A stretch of DNA of 64,000 nt. Origin: an uncultured Candidatus Saccharibacteria bacterium (GTDB lineage: Bacteria > Patescibacteriota > Minisyncoccia > Phycocordibacterales > UBA5272). The stretch spans positions 7,653 through 71,652 of the forward strand of contig CAZEDG010000002.1 of NCBI GenBank assembly GCA_964510805.1, given 5' to 3'. Within the stretch, counting starts at the first letter, position 1; each line of letters opens with the position of its first letter. The notes under the pieces were generated by a model. It made no database searches and had not been told where the DNA came from. It saw only the letters and a program-made list of their open reading frames with translations. Positions 27,885-37,186 of the stretch are shown piece by piece. The position numbers and the translations under genes are program-made.

Positions 27885-27957
27885 ATTTTGTAGTGATTGG
27901 TGTTACTCGCTAATGGTTACTAGTGTAAACCTTATACCAAAATAATCCAAATACTTT

Positions 27958-28434
27958 TTATTTTACCGCTTCTACAGTTGATGCTTCTACAACAGGAGCA
28001 ACGTCTTCATCTGACGTAGTGTCGATGTCAACTTCATTCTCTGCAAGTGTTTCAGCTTTTACAACTGGAGCACGCTTGGTGTACACCGTGTTCTCACGAA
28101 CAGTAGATACCACAAGAAAACGAACAACTTCCTCATCGAACTTAAGAACCTTCTCAAGATCTTTGATCTTAGCTGGAGTAATTTCGAACTTAATCCATCC
28201 GAAATACCCTTCATTAAAACGAACGTTCACATTATTAACAACGCGAATCATTTCATAAGCGAGCTCACGCATATACGGAGCTTCTTCTGAAATGAAGCTA
28301 CCTCCTAGGGTAGCAATAGATTGCTTGAGTGCGTTACTCTTTTCAAGCGCCATGTCTTCACTAAGTTTATTATCAAAGATAAAAGAAACTTCATAAATAC
28401 GGCTATCTACCATGGTTTCATTACTTTCAGTCAT
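27958..28434 (-). CDS. rpsF: 30S ribosomal protein S6
   Basis: IYEVSFIF...RELAYEM...EGYF...VVRFLV; position upstream of ssb-rpsR. Confidence 0.9.
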   Translation of the reverse strand: MTESNETMVDSRIYEVSFIFDNKLSEDMALEKSNALKQSIATLGGSFISEEAPYMRELAYEMIRVVNNVNVRFNEGYFGWIKFEITPAKIKDLEKVLKFDEEVVRFLVVSTVRENTVYTKRAPVVKAETLAENEVDIDTTSDEDVAPVVEASTVEAVK

Positions 28435-28503
28435 AGGCTACGATTATACCATAGAATGCATAAAAAGAAAAGGCCACCATGCGGTAACCTTCTTAGGCAA
28501 CAA

Positions 28504-28746
28504 TTACGTGCCCGCATCAAGCGCATGAAGCACTTGGTGATTCTGAGGATTCGCAATCACTTTACGAACCCTTAATTGTCTTGGAGACGTGAAGCTTCTT
28601 GCTTGGGTATATTCAAGGAAGAGAATCGCAAAGCATCTTTCCTTCCCCAAAGAAGCCATGTCAACATCTTCTCTCACTGGAAAAAGTTGACCATTTGCCC
28701 GGATACACCCACCTTCATTCCTTACCGACCCAACAAAGACTCTCAT
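28504..28746 (-). CDS. Small hypothetical protein
   Basis: 80-aa ORF with purine-rich RBS; architecture similar to 28876-29145. Confidence 0.5.
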   Translation of the reverse strand: MRVFVGSVRNEGGCIRANGQLFPVREDVDMASLGKERCFAILFLEYTQARSFTSPRQLRVRKVIANPQNHQVLHALDAGT

Positions 28747-28875
28747 ATTCCCTTTCCATTAAAAGTCCATCATCTACTCTACTCCTTGAGTACTTATTTT
28801 GCAAGCATTCAATAAACAAAAACCGGAGATGGGGCGCTTCTTCTCCGGTTTCTTTTTCCCCCTTTTTCACTCTGG

Positions 28876-29145
28876 TCACCTCTTGATCAGGTACATTGGC
28901 TGATATCGCTCGAGAATCTCATTAGTGACCGTGCGTCCTGTCTCGATCATGCGCATCAGCTTGATTCTTGGGCAATCATAGACTGCAAGAATTTCACCAT
29001 CAGAAACGACCACAAGCAGATTACGACCGACAACAATCCTGGTAAGACCAGGATCATTAGGGCGAACATGTATCTCAGCATCACGAGTCTTGATTGTCCC
29101 TGGACGATTAGACCCGACTATGACACCACAGAGAAAACTCTTCAT
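28876..29145 (-). CDS. Small hypothetical protein
   Basis: AGGAGG RBS; 89 aa. Confidence 0.55.
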   Translation of the reverse strand: MKSFLCGVIVGSNRPGTIKTRDAEIHVRPNDPGLTRIVVGRNLLVVVSDGEILAVYDCPRIKLMRMIETGRTVTNEILERYQPMYLIKR

Positions 29146-29199
29146 GATGACCTCCTATGACGGATCAATGAACCTCCACCTTAATCATGGCACCTTATA

Positions 29200-30051
29200 C
29201 TAAAAAGTCAAATCAAATATCCTCTTTGTGTTCTCAAGAAGTTGTATACGCACCTCCTCAAAAGGTTCGTTACGAAGTACTGCGATCTTAGCAACAACTT
29301 CTTGTACATACATTGGTGAATTACGTTCACCTCTAAAAGGCGCAGGCGTTGCATAAGGACTATCTGTCTCTGCAAGAATCATCGTACTTGGAAGATATCT
29401 CACCACATCATCATAGTCCTTAGTGAAGGTGATCACTCCTGAGAAGCTCATTGTAAAACCAAGTTCTACAAACCTACGCGCAATTTCAATATTCCCAACA
29501 AAAAAATGTGCATTCCCTCGCAACTTCGTGCCGTATTCTTTTTTGAGATTTTCTAGAATATGAAGCATATCCTCGTACGCGTCCATACTCCCCTTACTTG
29601 GCCTTCCGTGAAGCATAAGCGGGAGATTGTGAGCACATGCGAATCTCACTTGTTGTTCGAAGATTTCCTGTTGTCGATCTACCTCAGCATCTTTGTTGTG
29701 GGTAAGTCCTTTTTCTGCTTTATCTCTTTCAAAAAAAGTATGAATATAGTGATAATCGAGACCGCATTCACCTATTGCAACAATTTTTTTAGAAGTATGA
29801 AAAAGCTCTTCGTAGGCATGTTCATCAAAAGACTCAGTGACATTATCAGCAGGATGCAGTCCAATTGTTGCATAGACGTGGGGGTGTTTCTCTGCAAGCG
29901 CAACTGCTTCCTTGCTATGATCAAGATCCGTGCCGACAGTGATCGTTGCAACACCGTACCCTTTCATCTCTTCTAAGACCTTATCACAATCAGAAGTGAA
30001 GGCCTTGTCGTGCATATGTGAATGGATATCAAAAAAAGCGTAGTTACTCAT
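29200..30051 (-). CDS. tatD: TatD-family hydrolase
   Basis: DIHSH, GLHP, IGECGLDY, ETDSPY. Confidence 0.93.
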   Translation of the reverse strand: MSNYAFFDIHSHMHDKAFTSDCDKVLEEMKGYGVATITVGTDLDHSKEAVALAEKHPHVYATIGLHPADNVTESFDEHAYEELFHTSKKIVAIGECGLDYHYIHTFFERDKAEKGLTHNKDAEVDRQQEIFEQQVRFACAHNLPLMLHGRPSKGSMDAYEDMLHILENLKKEYGTKLRGNAHFFVGNIEIARRFVELGFTMSFSGVITFTKDYDDVVRYLPSTMILAETDSPYATPAPFRGERNSPMYVQEVVAKIAVLRNEPFEEVRIQLLENTKRIFDLTF

Positions 30052-30301
30052 ATAATTTACTGTGTGTACCTATGTGTGTAAATAAAATTCTATGTTCATT
30101 CTTTTCGTAGATTGCACAATAATCTCCTGTGATATTAATACTTCTAGCATTAGTATATGTTGGGTGAACAGAATGATTACGTAACAATGGATGAAAATAG
30201 TCGGAACAAAATAACAAAAATCTTTCCTCAAATTTTTTCTGAATAGACAAAGGGAGTTTAGCGAACTGTTTTTTAAAATTAGTATTAAACTCAATCTTCA
30301 T
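30044..30301 (-). CDS. RelE/YafQ-family toxin
   Basis: FKKQF...HPLLRNHSV...RSINITGDY...IGTHSKLY. Confidence 0.85.
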   Translation of the reverse strand: MKIEFNTNFKKQFAKLPLSIQKKFEERFLLFCSDYFHPLLRNHSVHPTYTNARSINITGDYCAIYEKNEHRILFTHIGTHSKLYE

Positions 30302-30580
30302 TTATTTTGTATGAAGCCAACGCAAAGCGTCCTTTGGGTTATCAAAACCTGGTGACGTATTACGTCCTAGTTTAGCATCAAGGACAGCTTTTTTAATCTC
30401 TTGCAATGTCTTCTCATTAACTTGCTCGACAATCTCAACTTTTTTTGTACCTTCTGCAAACTCTGCTAAGGCAACATTAAGATACTGGGATAACGTAATA
30501 CCTTGCTTCTTAGCGTTTGCCATTGCGCGTGCTTTTATTTTTGGATCGGTGTTAAAAATTACTCTCGTAGTCATATGCAT
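30302..30580 (-). CDS. Putative antitoxin (RelB/DinJ-like RHH)
   Basis: VIFNTDPKIKARAMANAKKQGITLSQYLN...FDNPKDALRWL; directly upstream of the toxin. Confidence 0.75.
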   Translation of the reverse strand: MHMTTRVIFNTDPKIKARAMANAKKQGITLSQYLNVALAEFAEGTKKVEIVEQVNEKTLQEIKKAVLDAKLGRNTSPGFDNPKDALRWLHTK

Positions 30581-30627
30581 AGTATATATATATTATATAT
30601 ATGAGTCAAGAAAGAATACTTACACTT

Positions 30628-31248
30628 CTAAACAATAATCTCTTCTAACATTTTTTCGTTAAGTGACTGTATTAAAGAAAATAACTCTGGAAATTCTTCA
30701 CCGCAAAGATTTTTGTATACCGTAAATTGTTTTTCAAAATGTTCCTTTATTTCATCTCGAGTTGTGCCAAGTGCACGAAGTGCGGCACCTTTATTATGAA
30801 TATTAGTGATACGAGTCATCGCTTTATCCAAAGTCTTCACAAAGCGTGCCTCTGGTACACTTTTACTTTCATACAAAGCAATAGTCTCTGGTAACCACGG
30901 ATATATATCTTCAAACTGAGATGTAATACGCGTCAACGACTCAGTTTCCCTCCTCTCTTTGTCTTCCCTATTTTTATCACCAAGATTAATGGAGTTTGTA
31001 TCATGGGCGTGAACCTCAACAAGATCATGAACAATAGCAAACTGCGCAACAAGTCCAATATCAAGCTTGTCGTTATAAAACTTTGAAGCAACGGCACACG
31101 CACACACTGATAGCATAACCGTATGATCAGTATCAGACTCGTATCTCACACCATCTTCATGCATGGTCACTCTATTAACACGAGCAAACTGAAGTGCCAT
31201 TTCTCCAAGTGCAAGCAACCCATCAACATGTTTTTGTTCATCACTCAT
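30628..31248 (-). CDS. HD-domain phosphohydrolase (YfbR/HD_3-like)
   Basis: ESDTDHT, VHDLVE, VKTLDK; start overlaps the metG stop. Confidence 0.85.
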   Translation of the reverse strand: MSDEQKHVDGLLALGEMALQFARVNRVTMHEDGVRYESDTDHTVMLSVCACAVASKFYNDKLDIGLVAQFAIVHDLVEVHAHDTNSINLGDKNREDKERRETESLTRITSQFEDIYPWLPETIALYESKSVPEARFVKTLDKAMTRITNIHNKGAALRALGTTRDEIKEHFEKQFTVYKNLCGEEFPELFSLIQSLNEKMLEEIIV

Positions 31249-32699
31249 TACGGTAAACGATTAAAAATCGGTTTCTCGGGCATCTTGTTCTCACGGATAC
31301 ATTCTAGAATCTTGGAAGCCGTGCCAGGAAGAAATAGTTGTAATGAAGAAGCAATCAGATAAAGCTCATCAATAAGCTCTTTGATACTCTTTTTACCTTT
31401 TTCTTCGTCTACTTTGATTACTTTGAACGGTTCTTCTGCTTGAATCTTTTTATCGAGCATATGTACACGCGCCATAACAGTCTCTAAACTTTTTTTGACA
31501 TCAAATACTTCGAGTTCTCTGTCTTCCGCTAACACATCCTGCAAAGAACTCGCGGTAACCGACGCGGTAATCGCCATTTTCATAATACGATTAGTAAGAT
31601 TGCCAATACCATTTTGAAGATATGCTGTGTAGGACGTCTTAATAGAATCCATGGTAATATCACCATCTTCAAAAGAAGAAATGTCATGGAGTACCACAAA
31701 ACGAAGTACATCTTCTGGAAACTCTGTATATGGCGCAAAAGTTTTAATAATATCAAATGGAGAAATCACGTTACCGAGTGACTTACTCATCTTCTGTCCG
31801 CCTGAAGTAATGAACCCGTCGATGATGATATGGCGAGAATTTGGAAGACCTGATGCCATAAGCATTGCCTGCCACATTGCAGACTGCTGACGAAGATTAT
31901 CCTTACCGCAATATTGCACAGGAGTTCCTTCTTTCCAAAAATCAAAGTAAGCATCATCAGTCCCCCATCCAAGAGTTGAGATATAGCTAGTGAGTGCATC
32001 GAACCATACATACATCACATGTTCTTCATCGCCAGGTACTTCTATCCCCCATGGCATTTTTTCTTTGAGGCGTGAAATAGAAAAATCTTCAAGTCCTCGC
32101 TCTACGAATGCCTTAATCTCATTAAAACGAAAATCTGGAACAACAAAGTCTGGCGTTTTTGCATAGAACTGAAGAAGAGGTTTCTCAAAAGCTGACCATT
32201 TAAAAAAATAATTTTCTTCATCAATAAGCACAACATCTCGATTTGGATGGATAGGACACTTACCATGTTCGAGCTCGCTATCAGTCTTGTTAAGCTCACA
32301 CCCAACACAATACTTCGTTTGGTATGTTTTTTTATAAATATAACCATTATCATAACAACGCTTCCACATCTCTTTGGCAGAAAGAATATGCTTTTCGTCT
32401 GTAGTACGAATAAAATGCACATCCTTGATAGCAAGTGCTTTTGTAAGCTCTCTAAACTTAGATGCATAACCATCTACATATGCCTGAACATTAAGACCTT
32501 GCTTGACCGCGTTTTCGTAAATTTTTGCACCATGCTCATCTGTACCGGTATTAAAAAACACATCATACCCAAGAGCTCGCTTATATCGCGCGATAACGTC
32601 AGCACGAATAATTTCCATAGCAAAACCAATATGAGGGTCTGAATTCACATACGGTAGCGTTGTGGTAAGATAAAACTTTTTCTGAGTATTATGAGACAT
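31248..32699 (-). CDS. metG: Methionyl-tRNA synthetase
   Basis: TTTLPYVN, HIGF, GTDEHG, YVWFDAL, KMSKS. Confidence 0.97.
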   Translation of the reverse strand: MSHNTQKKFYLTTTLPYVNSDPHIGFAMEIIRADVIARYKRALGYDVFFNTGTDEHGAKIYENAVKQGLNVQAYVDGYASKFRELTKALAIKDVHFIRTTDEKHILSAKEMWKRCYDNGYIYKKTYQTKYCVGCELNKTDSELEHGKCPIHPNRDVVLIDEENYFFKWSAFEKPLLQFYAKTPDFVVPDFRFNEIKAFVERGLEDFSISRLKEKMPWGIEVPGDEEHVMYVWFDALTSYISTLGWGTDDAYFDFWKEGTPVQYCGKDNLRQQSAMWQAMLMASGLPNSRHIIIDGFITSGGQKMSKSLGNVISPFDIIKTFAPYTEFPEDVLRFVVLHDISSFEDGDITMDSIKTSYTAYLQNGIGNLTNRIMKMAITASVTASSLQDVLAEDRELEVFDVKKSLETVMARVHMLDKKIQAEEPFKVIKVDEEKGKKSIKELIDELYLIASSLQLFLPGTASKILECIRENKMPEKPIFNRLP

Positions 32700-33735
32700 G
32701 ACCTTTTCTTTTATTAATATCATCTGCTAGTTCCATTAAGATAGAGGCGAGCGGAACAGCAAGAAGTACACCCCAAAGACCTGCAAACTTTCCTCCAACA
32801 ATAAGCGCAATAATAATAATCACCGAAGGAACGCCGACCATTTTGTTCATTATTTTTGGATACAAAATATTACTTTCTAACTGACCGACAACAAAATAGA
32901 CAAGTGCGACAATTCCAAGTAACGACAGACCTCCATGAGTCCATGCAAGTAAAAGTGCTGGTATCGTTGCAACAGTAAGACCGACAACAGGAACAAGCTC
33001 TCCGAAAAATGCAAGAATAGCAAGTAATGTTGCGTATGGCATATCAAGAACAAGAAGTGGAACATACACAAGAAGCGAAACAACAAGAGAAAGGATGAGC
33101 TGTCCTTGCATCCATAGTCCAATCTTTTTTTGTGCCCTAGCCCAAAGATCCGAAATATACTCTTCTTGATGACGCGCAACAATAAGCCGTAGGAATTTTT
33201 GTACACCATGCTCTTCAAGTGCTAGATAAAATGCAAGAACAAAAGTAATTACAAAATTAACAACACTACTTACAACAACCGATGTTGTTGCAAAGAAACT
33301 TCCTGATCCAAGAAAGGCAGTCTTGAGGATAGTCAGAATCTGCCCTTTAGAAATATCTCTTGAGAGGCTTTGTACATAAAGCGCCATATCCTTGAACCCC
33401 ATATCTCTACCGAAGATTCTCACCGAATCAAGCACCTTAGGGAGATTTTTTACGAAAAGTGCAATATCATCTGCAAGCGGAGGAATAAAGACAAGTACGA
33501 TGGTAGCGAGAATACTAATCAGAAGCAAAAAGATCAAAGAAACAGAAACAGCTCTTGGTATCCCTTTTTTTGCAAGAGCACTTACCGGAAGCTCAAGAGA
33601 AGATGCAAGCACTACAGACACAAGAAGCGCCACAATAAAATCACTGATGTAAAAAAGGCCTGCAAAGAGAATGAGAATAACGACAGTTCTTATAATCGTC
33701 CCTGTTGACACAGAAACAGTAATACGTTCTTTCAT
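32689..33735 (-). CDS. AI-2E family transporter (PerM-like)
   Basis: Multi-TM; VPVVG, QLESNILYPKIM, GVLLAVP. Confidence 0.9.
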   Translation of the reverse strand: MKERITVSVSTGTIIRTVVILILFAGLFYISDFIVALLVSVVLASSLELPVSALAKKGIPRAVSVSLIFLLLISILATIVLVFIPPLADDIALFVKNLPKVLDSVRIFGRDMGFKDMALYVQSLSRDISKGQILTILKTAFLGSGSFFATTSVVVSSVVNFVITFVLAFYLALEEHGVQKFLRLIVARHQEEYISDLWARAQKKIGLWMQGQLILSLVVSLLVYVPLLVLDMPYATLLAILAFFGELVPVVGLTVATIPALLLAWTHGGLSLLGIVALVYFVVGQLESNILYPKIMNKMVGVPSVIIIIALIVGGKFAGLWGVLLAVPLASILMELADDINKRKGHVS

Positions 33736-33947
33736 AGTCTCTTCATTCTAGCATAAATCACCGAATCGAAAAGAATGCATCTCTTGTTATACCGTTCCCA
33801 ATTAATGCTTCCGAATGAGTATCTTTCTTATTTTTTAACGAAAAACCTTGTCGGAACAGAAATCATATAAATCTATGATGATAGTGAGACAAGTGTTTTG
33901 CAATAAAAAATAAGAAAGATACCCGAAATTGTTAATTAGGAATGGTG

Positions 33948-35810
33948 TTACCTTCCCACAACCAAAGATGGGTTCTCAGGCCACATTTCTGCCTGAAGTG
34001 CAGTAGTAAGAGGAGAAAGCATAGTTCTAAGATGAGCTCTTGAAACATCTTCATCTGCATCAAGAACAATCTTAGAGGTGATCGAAGGAGATGCTCCCAC
34101 ATGACTCATAGAAGGCTTAACAGCAAGACCTATATCAACAGAAGTAACCGCTCCTTGTGGAAGTGCTCCAGGTGTCCAAGTTACCGTTCTTGTTTTTGAA
34201 TCATATGACACAGAAGGATTAGAAGTGACCCCTCGCCATGTTACATACGCAGGAAGTGTAAACGACACTCTTGAGGTGCTGATTGTATTTTGAACAGAAA
34301 GCGTAAAACGTGCTGTATACGTAGTTACTTCGTTAGGCACAGGAGGAATAGGACCACTATTTTCAAAAGAGGAATTTTTGTACTGAGTTGTGGCAATAAG
34401 TGTCACAATTCCTTGAACCCCCCACTTCTTGCTAAGTGTGCTCGCAACCGCATCAGAGCCTTTTACGGTACCACTCCCCATAAAGGTTGTCATAAGAACA
34501 GGAGAATTCTCACCTTTATCAATAATAGGAACAGTAACACGAAGTGTACCGCGAGCACCCGGTGCAAGCACAGCAAGATCAGGTATCATTGCCTTGTTCC
34601 ACGTGATTGTTTTTTTGTTCGAATCATAGTATCCATTCTCAGGATCAATTCCTTGGAACATAGGAGCATCTCCTCCTACCTTAAGCACAAGCTCAACATC
34701 TTCTAGCGCCTGACTACTTGTATTCTCATAAGAAAGAGTGATGTCTGCTCTATCGTTGTAACGAATCGCTTCGCTTCCGCCTTTTTCTGAAGTAAGTGTT
34801 GTAGTAAGCGTAATAGGAGAGGCCTTGAGTGCGACATCTTTTGTATCCTGAGCATACACAAGACCTATAGTTGTTCGGTTTTCTCCTACGGAACCAATCT
34901 TCGCGAGAAGCGTTGCCCCTTCTCCCTGCTTGCCCTCAAAAGAACCAGTAATAACAATCTTAACCTCTTCACCAGAAAGAAGTGCCTTGATTGGAAACGT
35001 GGTTGATCGTGCAATAGGCTTAGGTGAAGCATCAATAACAGAAAAACTATTAGGTAACGTAAGTGTAAGGAGACTTGGAACAGATGTGGTCGCAGAATTA
35101 TTTTTTACAACAAAAGTATAGGATGACTCTTGTCCCAAAGACATTGTCGATGGTCCATCGATATGCACTGAAACAGGTGGGGTACGGAGAATCACCTGTG
35201 AGGTGATCACTTTACTAAACACAGCATTTGATCCTGCAACTTTATACTCAAGCTTAAGTGTTACAGGTCTTGTTTCTCCTTCTGCCCCATAAAAAGAAAG
35301 TGAAAAATCTTGTTTCTTATACTCATTCGCAACTATGTTACCGAGCTCCTTTTTTTCTTGAACTTTTTCTTGTTCATCTTGAGACCCATTTCCTTCTTTG
35401 TAGAGTACGGTAACACTTACATTTTGGAGAGGTGCAGTGTTGCGATTACGAAGAGTAAAGAGAAGCGGAACTGTTTCTCCTCCTTCTACATACTGAGCAA
35501 TATCTGCCGACATATCGATATTGTTAGAAGAAACAACATTACGCATTGACACCATACGCCAAATAGAAAACGAAACTGCACAAATAAGGAAAATAAAAGA
35601 AAGCATAAGAAGCTTTCCACCAAAAGAAAAACCACTTTCTTTTTTGCTTTCGGTAAGAACAGGAGATCCGTCTCCCCATGAATTAGGGAGATTAAGGTCT
35701 CGATGTTTTTTTGCAGTATGTATCTCTATCCCCCCTACTGAAGACTTAGGGTTATAGAGTTCGTGCTCTATTGCATCAATTGCACTTCGTTCATTGTCTT
35801 GTTCACTCAT
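33948..35810 (-). CDS. Single-TM protein with several extracellular Ig-like domains
   Basis: One N-terminal TM, beta-rich repeats, GPIPPVPNEVTTY. Confidence 0.75.
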   Translation of the reverse strand: MSEQDNERSAIDAIEHELYNPKSSVGGIEIHTAKKHRDLNLPNSWGDGSPVLTESKKESGFSFGGKLLMLSFIFLICAVSFSIWRMVSMRNVVSSNNIDMSADIAQYVEGGETVPLLFTLRNRNTAPLQNVSVTVLYKEGNGSQDEQEKVQEKKELGNIVANEYKKQDFSLSFYGAEGETRPVTLKLEYKVAGSNAVFSKVITSQVILRTPPVSVHIDGPSTMSLGQESSYTFVVKNNSATTSVPSLLTLTLPNSFSVIDASPKPIARSTTFPIKALLSGEEVKIVITGSFEGKQGEGATLLAKIGSVGENRTTIGLVYAQDTKDVALKASPITLTTTLTSEKGGSEAIRYNDRADITLSYENTSSQALEDVELVLKVGGDAPMFQGIDPENGYYDSNKKTITWNKAMIPDLAVLAPGARGTLRVTVPIIDKGENSPVLMTTFMGSGTVKGSDAVASTLSKKWGVQGIVTLIATTQYKNSSFENSGPIPPVPNEVTTYTARFTLSVQNTISTSRVSFTLPAYVTWRGVTSNPSVSYDSKTRTVTWTPGALPQGAVTSVDIGLAVKPSMSHVGASPSITSKIVLDADEDVSRAHLRTMLSPLTTALQAEMWPENPSLVVGR

Positions 35811-35911
35811 GGGATCTAGTATAGCAGATGCCAAGCTTAAAGAGTGGGGTTAAATAAAAAGGCATGCTGTTTTTGAATGAAATTGTTATACTGTTTATTG
35901 TATAGAAATAC

Positions 35912-36625
35912 ATGCAAGAAAAAGAACCAGCACCAGAAAATCAACACAAACATCAAGATCTCAAAAAAATTACCATCACCTCTGCAGAAGAAGAAATTTT
36001 TACTGTAGAACCGCATGCTTACTTTTCTGCGTGTAAAAAACATGGTGTTATTTATAAAATAACGAGAAGAAGTAGGTTTAGCGAAAATGGAGGATTCACT
36101 GATTATGCACTTAGAGATACTATTGACGGGGAGGACTTTATCTTTAGGGTTGTTAAATCTTTTGGTTATGGCGCAGGTGTCTATTCTATAGATTTTATAT
36201 CTGAAAAATATAGTTATGCGCTTATGGAATTTAATCGTGAAGGAATCCATAACCTTGAAGAGGTTATTCTTTCTTTTATCCAAACGGTACTTGTGACAGA
36301 TCAAAATGTAAAAACACTAAAATTCACAGGCGCTCCAAGTAATTATTCAAAAAAAGATGTCGAAGATGCGAGAACACTGCTTATCCAAAAAGGACACCCT
36401 GCAAAAGAACTAAATTCACTTGACCCCAATGAACTTAGGGGCTTACTTTATCGTTGTGATATACAAGGTACAGAGCTTCAAAACGCAGACAACAACTATG
36501 AACAAAAAAGGCTTGATGTTTTTACCTATCGTCTTGGCAAACTTTTTTCAAAATATAAACTACCTTACTCTGTAAGAAAAGATGAGTTAACTTCTGATGT
36601 TTTTATTGAAAGAATAGATATATAA
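35912..36625 (+). CDS. Hypothetical protein
   Basis: 237-aa ORF after TATACT. Confidence 0.6.
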   Translation: MQEKEPAPENQHKHQDLKKITITSAEEEIFTVEPHAYFSACKKHGVIYKITRRSRFSENGGFTDYALRDTIDGEDFIFRVVKSFGYGAGVYSIDFISEKYSYALMEFNREGIHNLEEVILSFIQTVLVTDQNVKTLKFTGAPSNYSKKDVEDARTLLIQKGHPAKELNSLDPNELRGLLYRCDIQGTELQNADNNYEQKRLDVFTYRLGKLFSKYKLPYSVRKDELTSDVFIERIDI

Positions 36626-36631
36626 CTATCA

Positions 36632-37186
36632 CTACAACTGCATCTCTTTAAGAACATGCTGAAGATGGGTGCGGACTACCTTTTCGTTAAGCACTAATCT
36701 TGTATAGAGTTCATCAAGTGAAAGCGTGTGATATTCTTGTATCCCTTTAACCCCAAGCGTTGTAATATCGATATACCCAAGATCAGCAAGAATAATACAA
36801 TAAAGAAGGGTTCTAGCGAACAAGTCACCGTAGGAAGAACTTCCTTTAAAAAAAGAAAGCAATCTATCATAAAGTAAGCTGTGTGATCCTTCACCCTTGA
36901 TAAATCTTTTAAGAAGCTGAGTTCCTTCCTGAAGGTATCTAAAACTTTGACTATCTTTTTCGGCACCAACAATTCTCCAAACCTCTTTACCTTTTACAAG
37001 AGTAAGTAGCGTCACCGAACGAGGAAGCACATGCGGGCGTAACTTACTCTCAAGTTTCCTGATACTCTTGGCGTGACACATAAGAAGTCCGAACTCTCGT
37101 GTAAAAATCTTAAACACACGATCATGTTCTCCTTGATCGTACATCTCAAGCACAATACCCTGTGTCACATATTTCTCAATCGCCAT
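36632..37186 (-). CDS. recO: DNA repair protein RecO (short form)
   Basis: TQGIVL...GEHDRVFKIFTREFGLL...AKSIRKLESKLR. Confidence 0.8.
   Translation of the reverse strand: MAIEKYVTQGIVLEMYDQGEHDRVFKIFTREFGLLMCHAKSIRKLESKLRPHVLPRSVTLLTLVKGKEVWRIVGAEKDSQSFRYLQEGTQLLKRFIKGEGSHSLLYDRLLSFFKGSSSYGDLFARTLLYCIILADLGYIDITTLGVKGIQEYHTLSLDELYTRLVLNEKVVRTHLQHVLKEMQL

Noticed and set aside
28504-30580. Prophage or island around the TA pair and small orphans
   Set aside because: No integrase, phage structural genes or att repeats; the TA pair is embedded in the metG-HD-tatD run.
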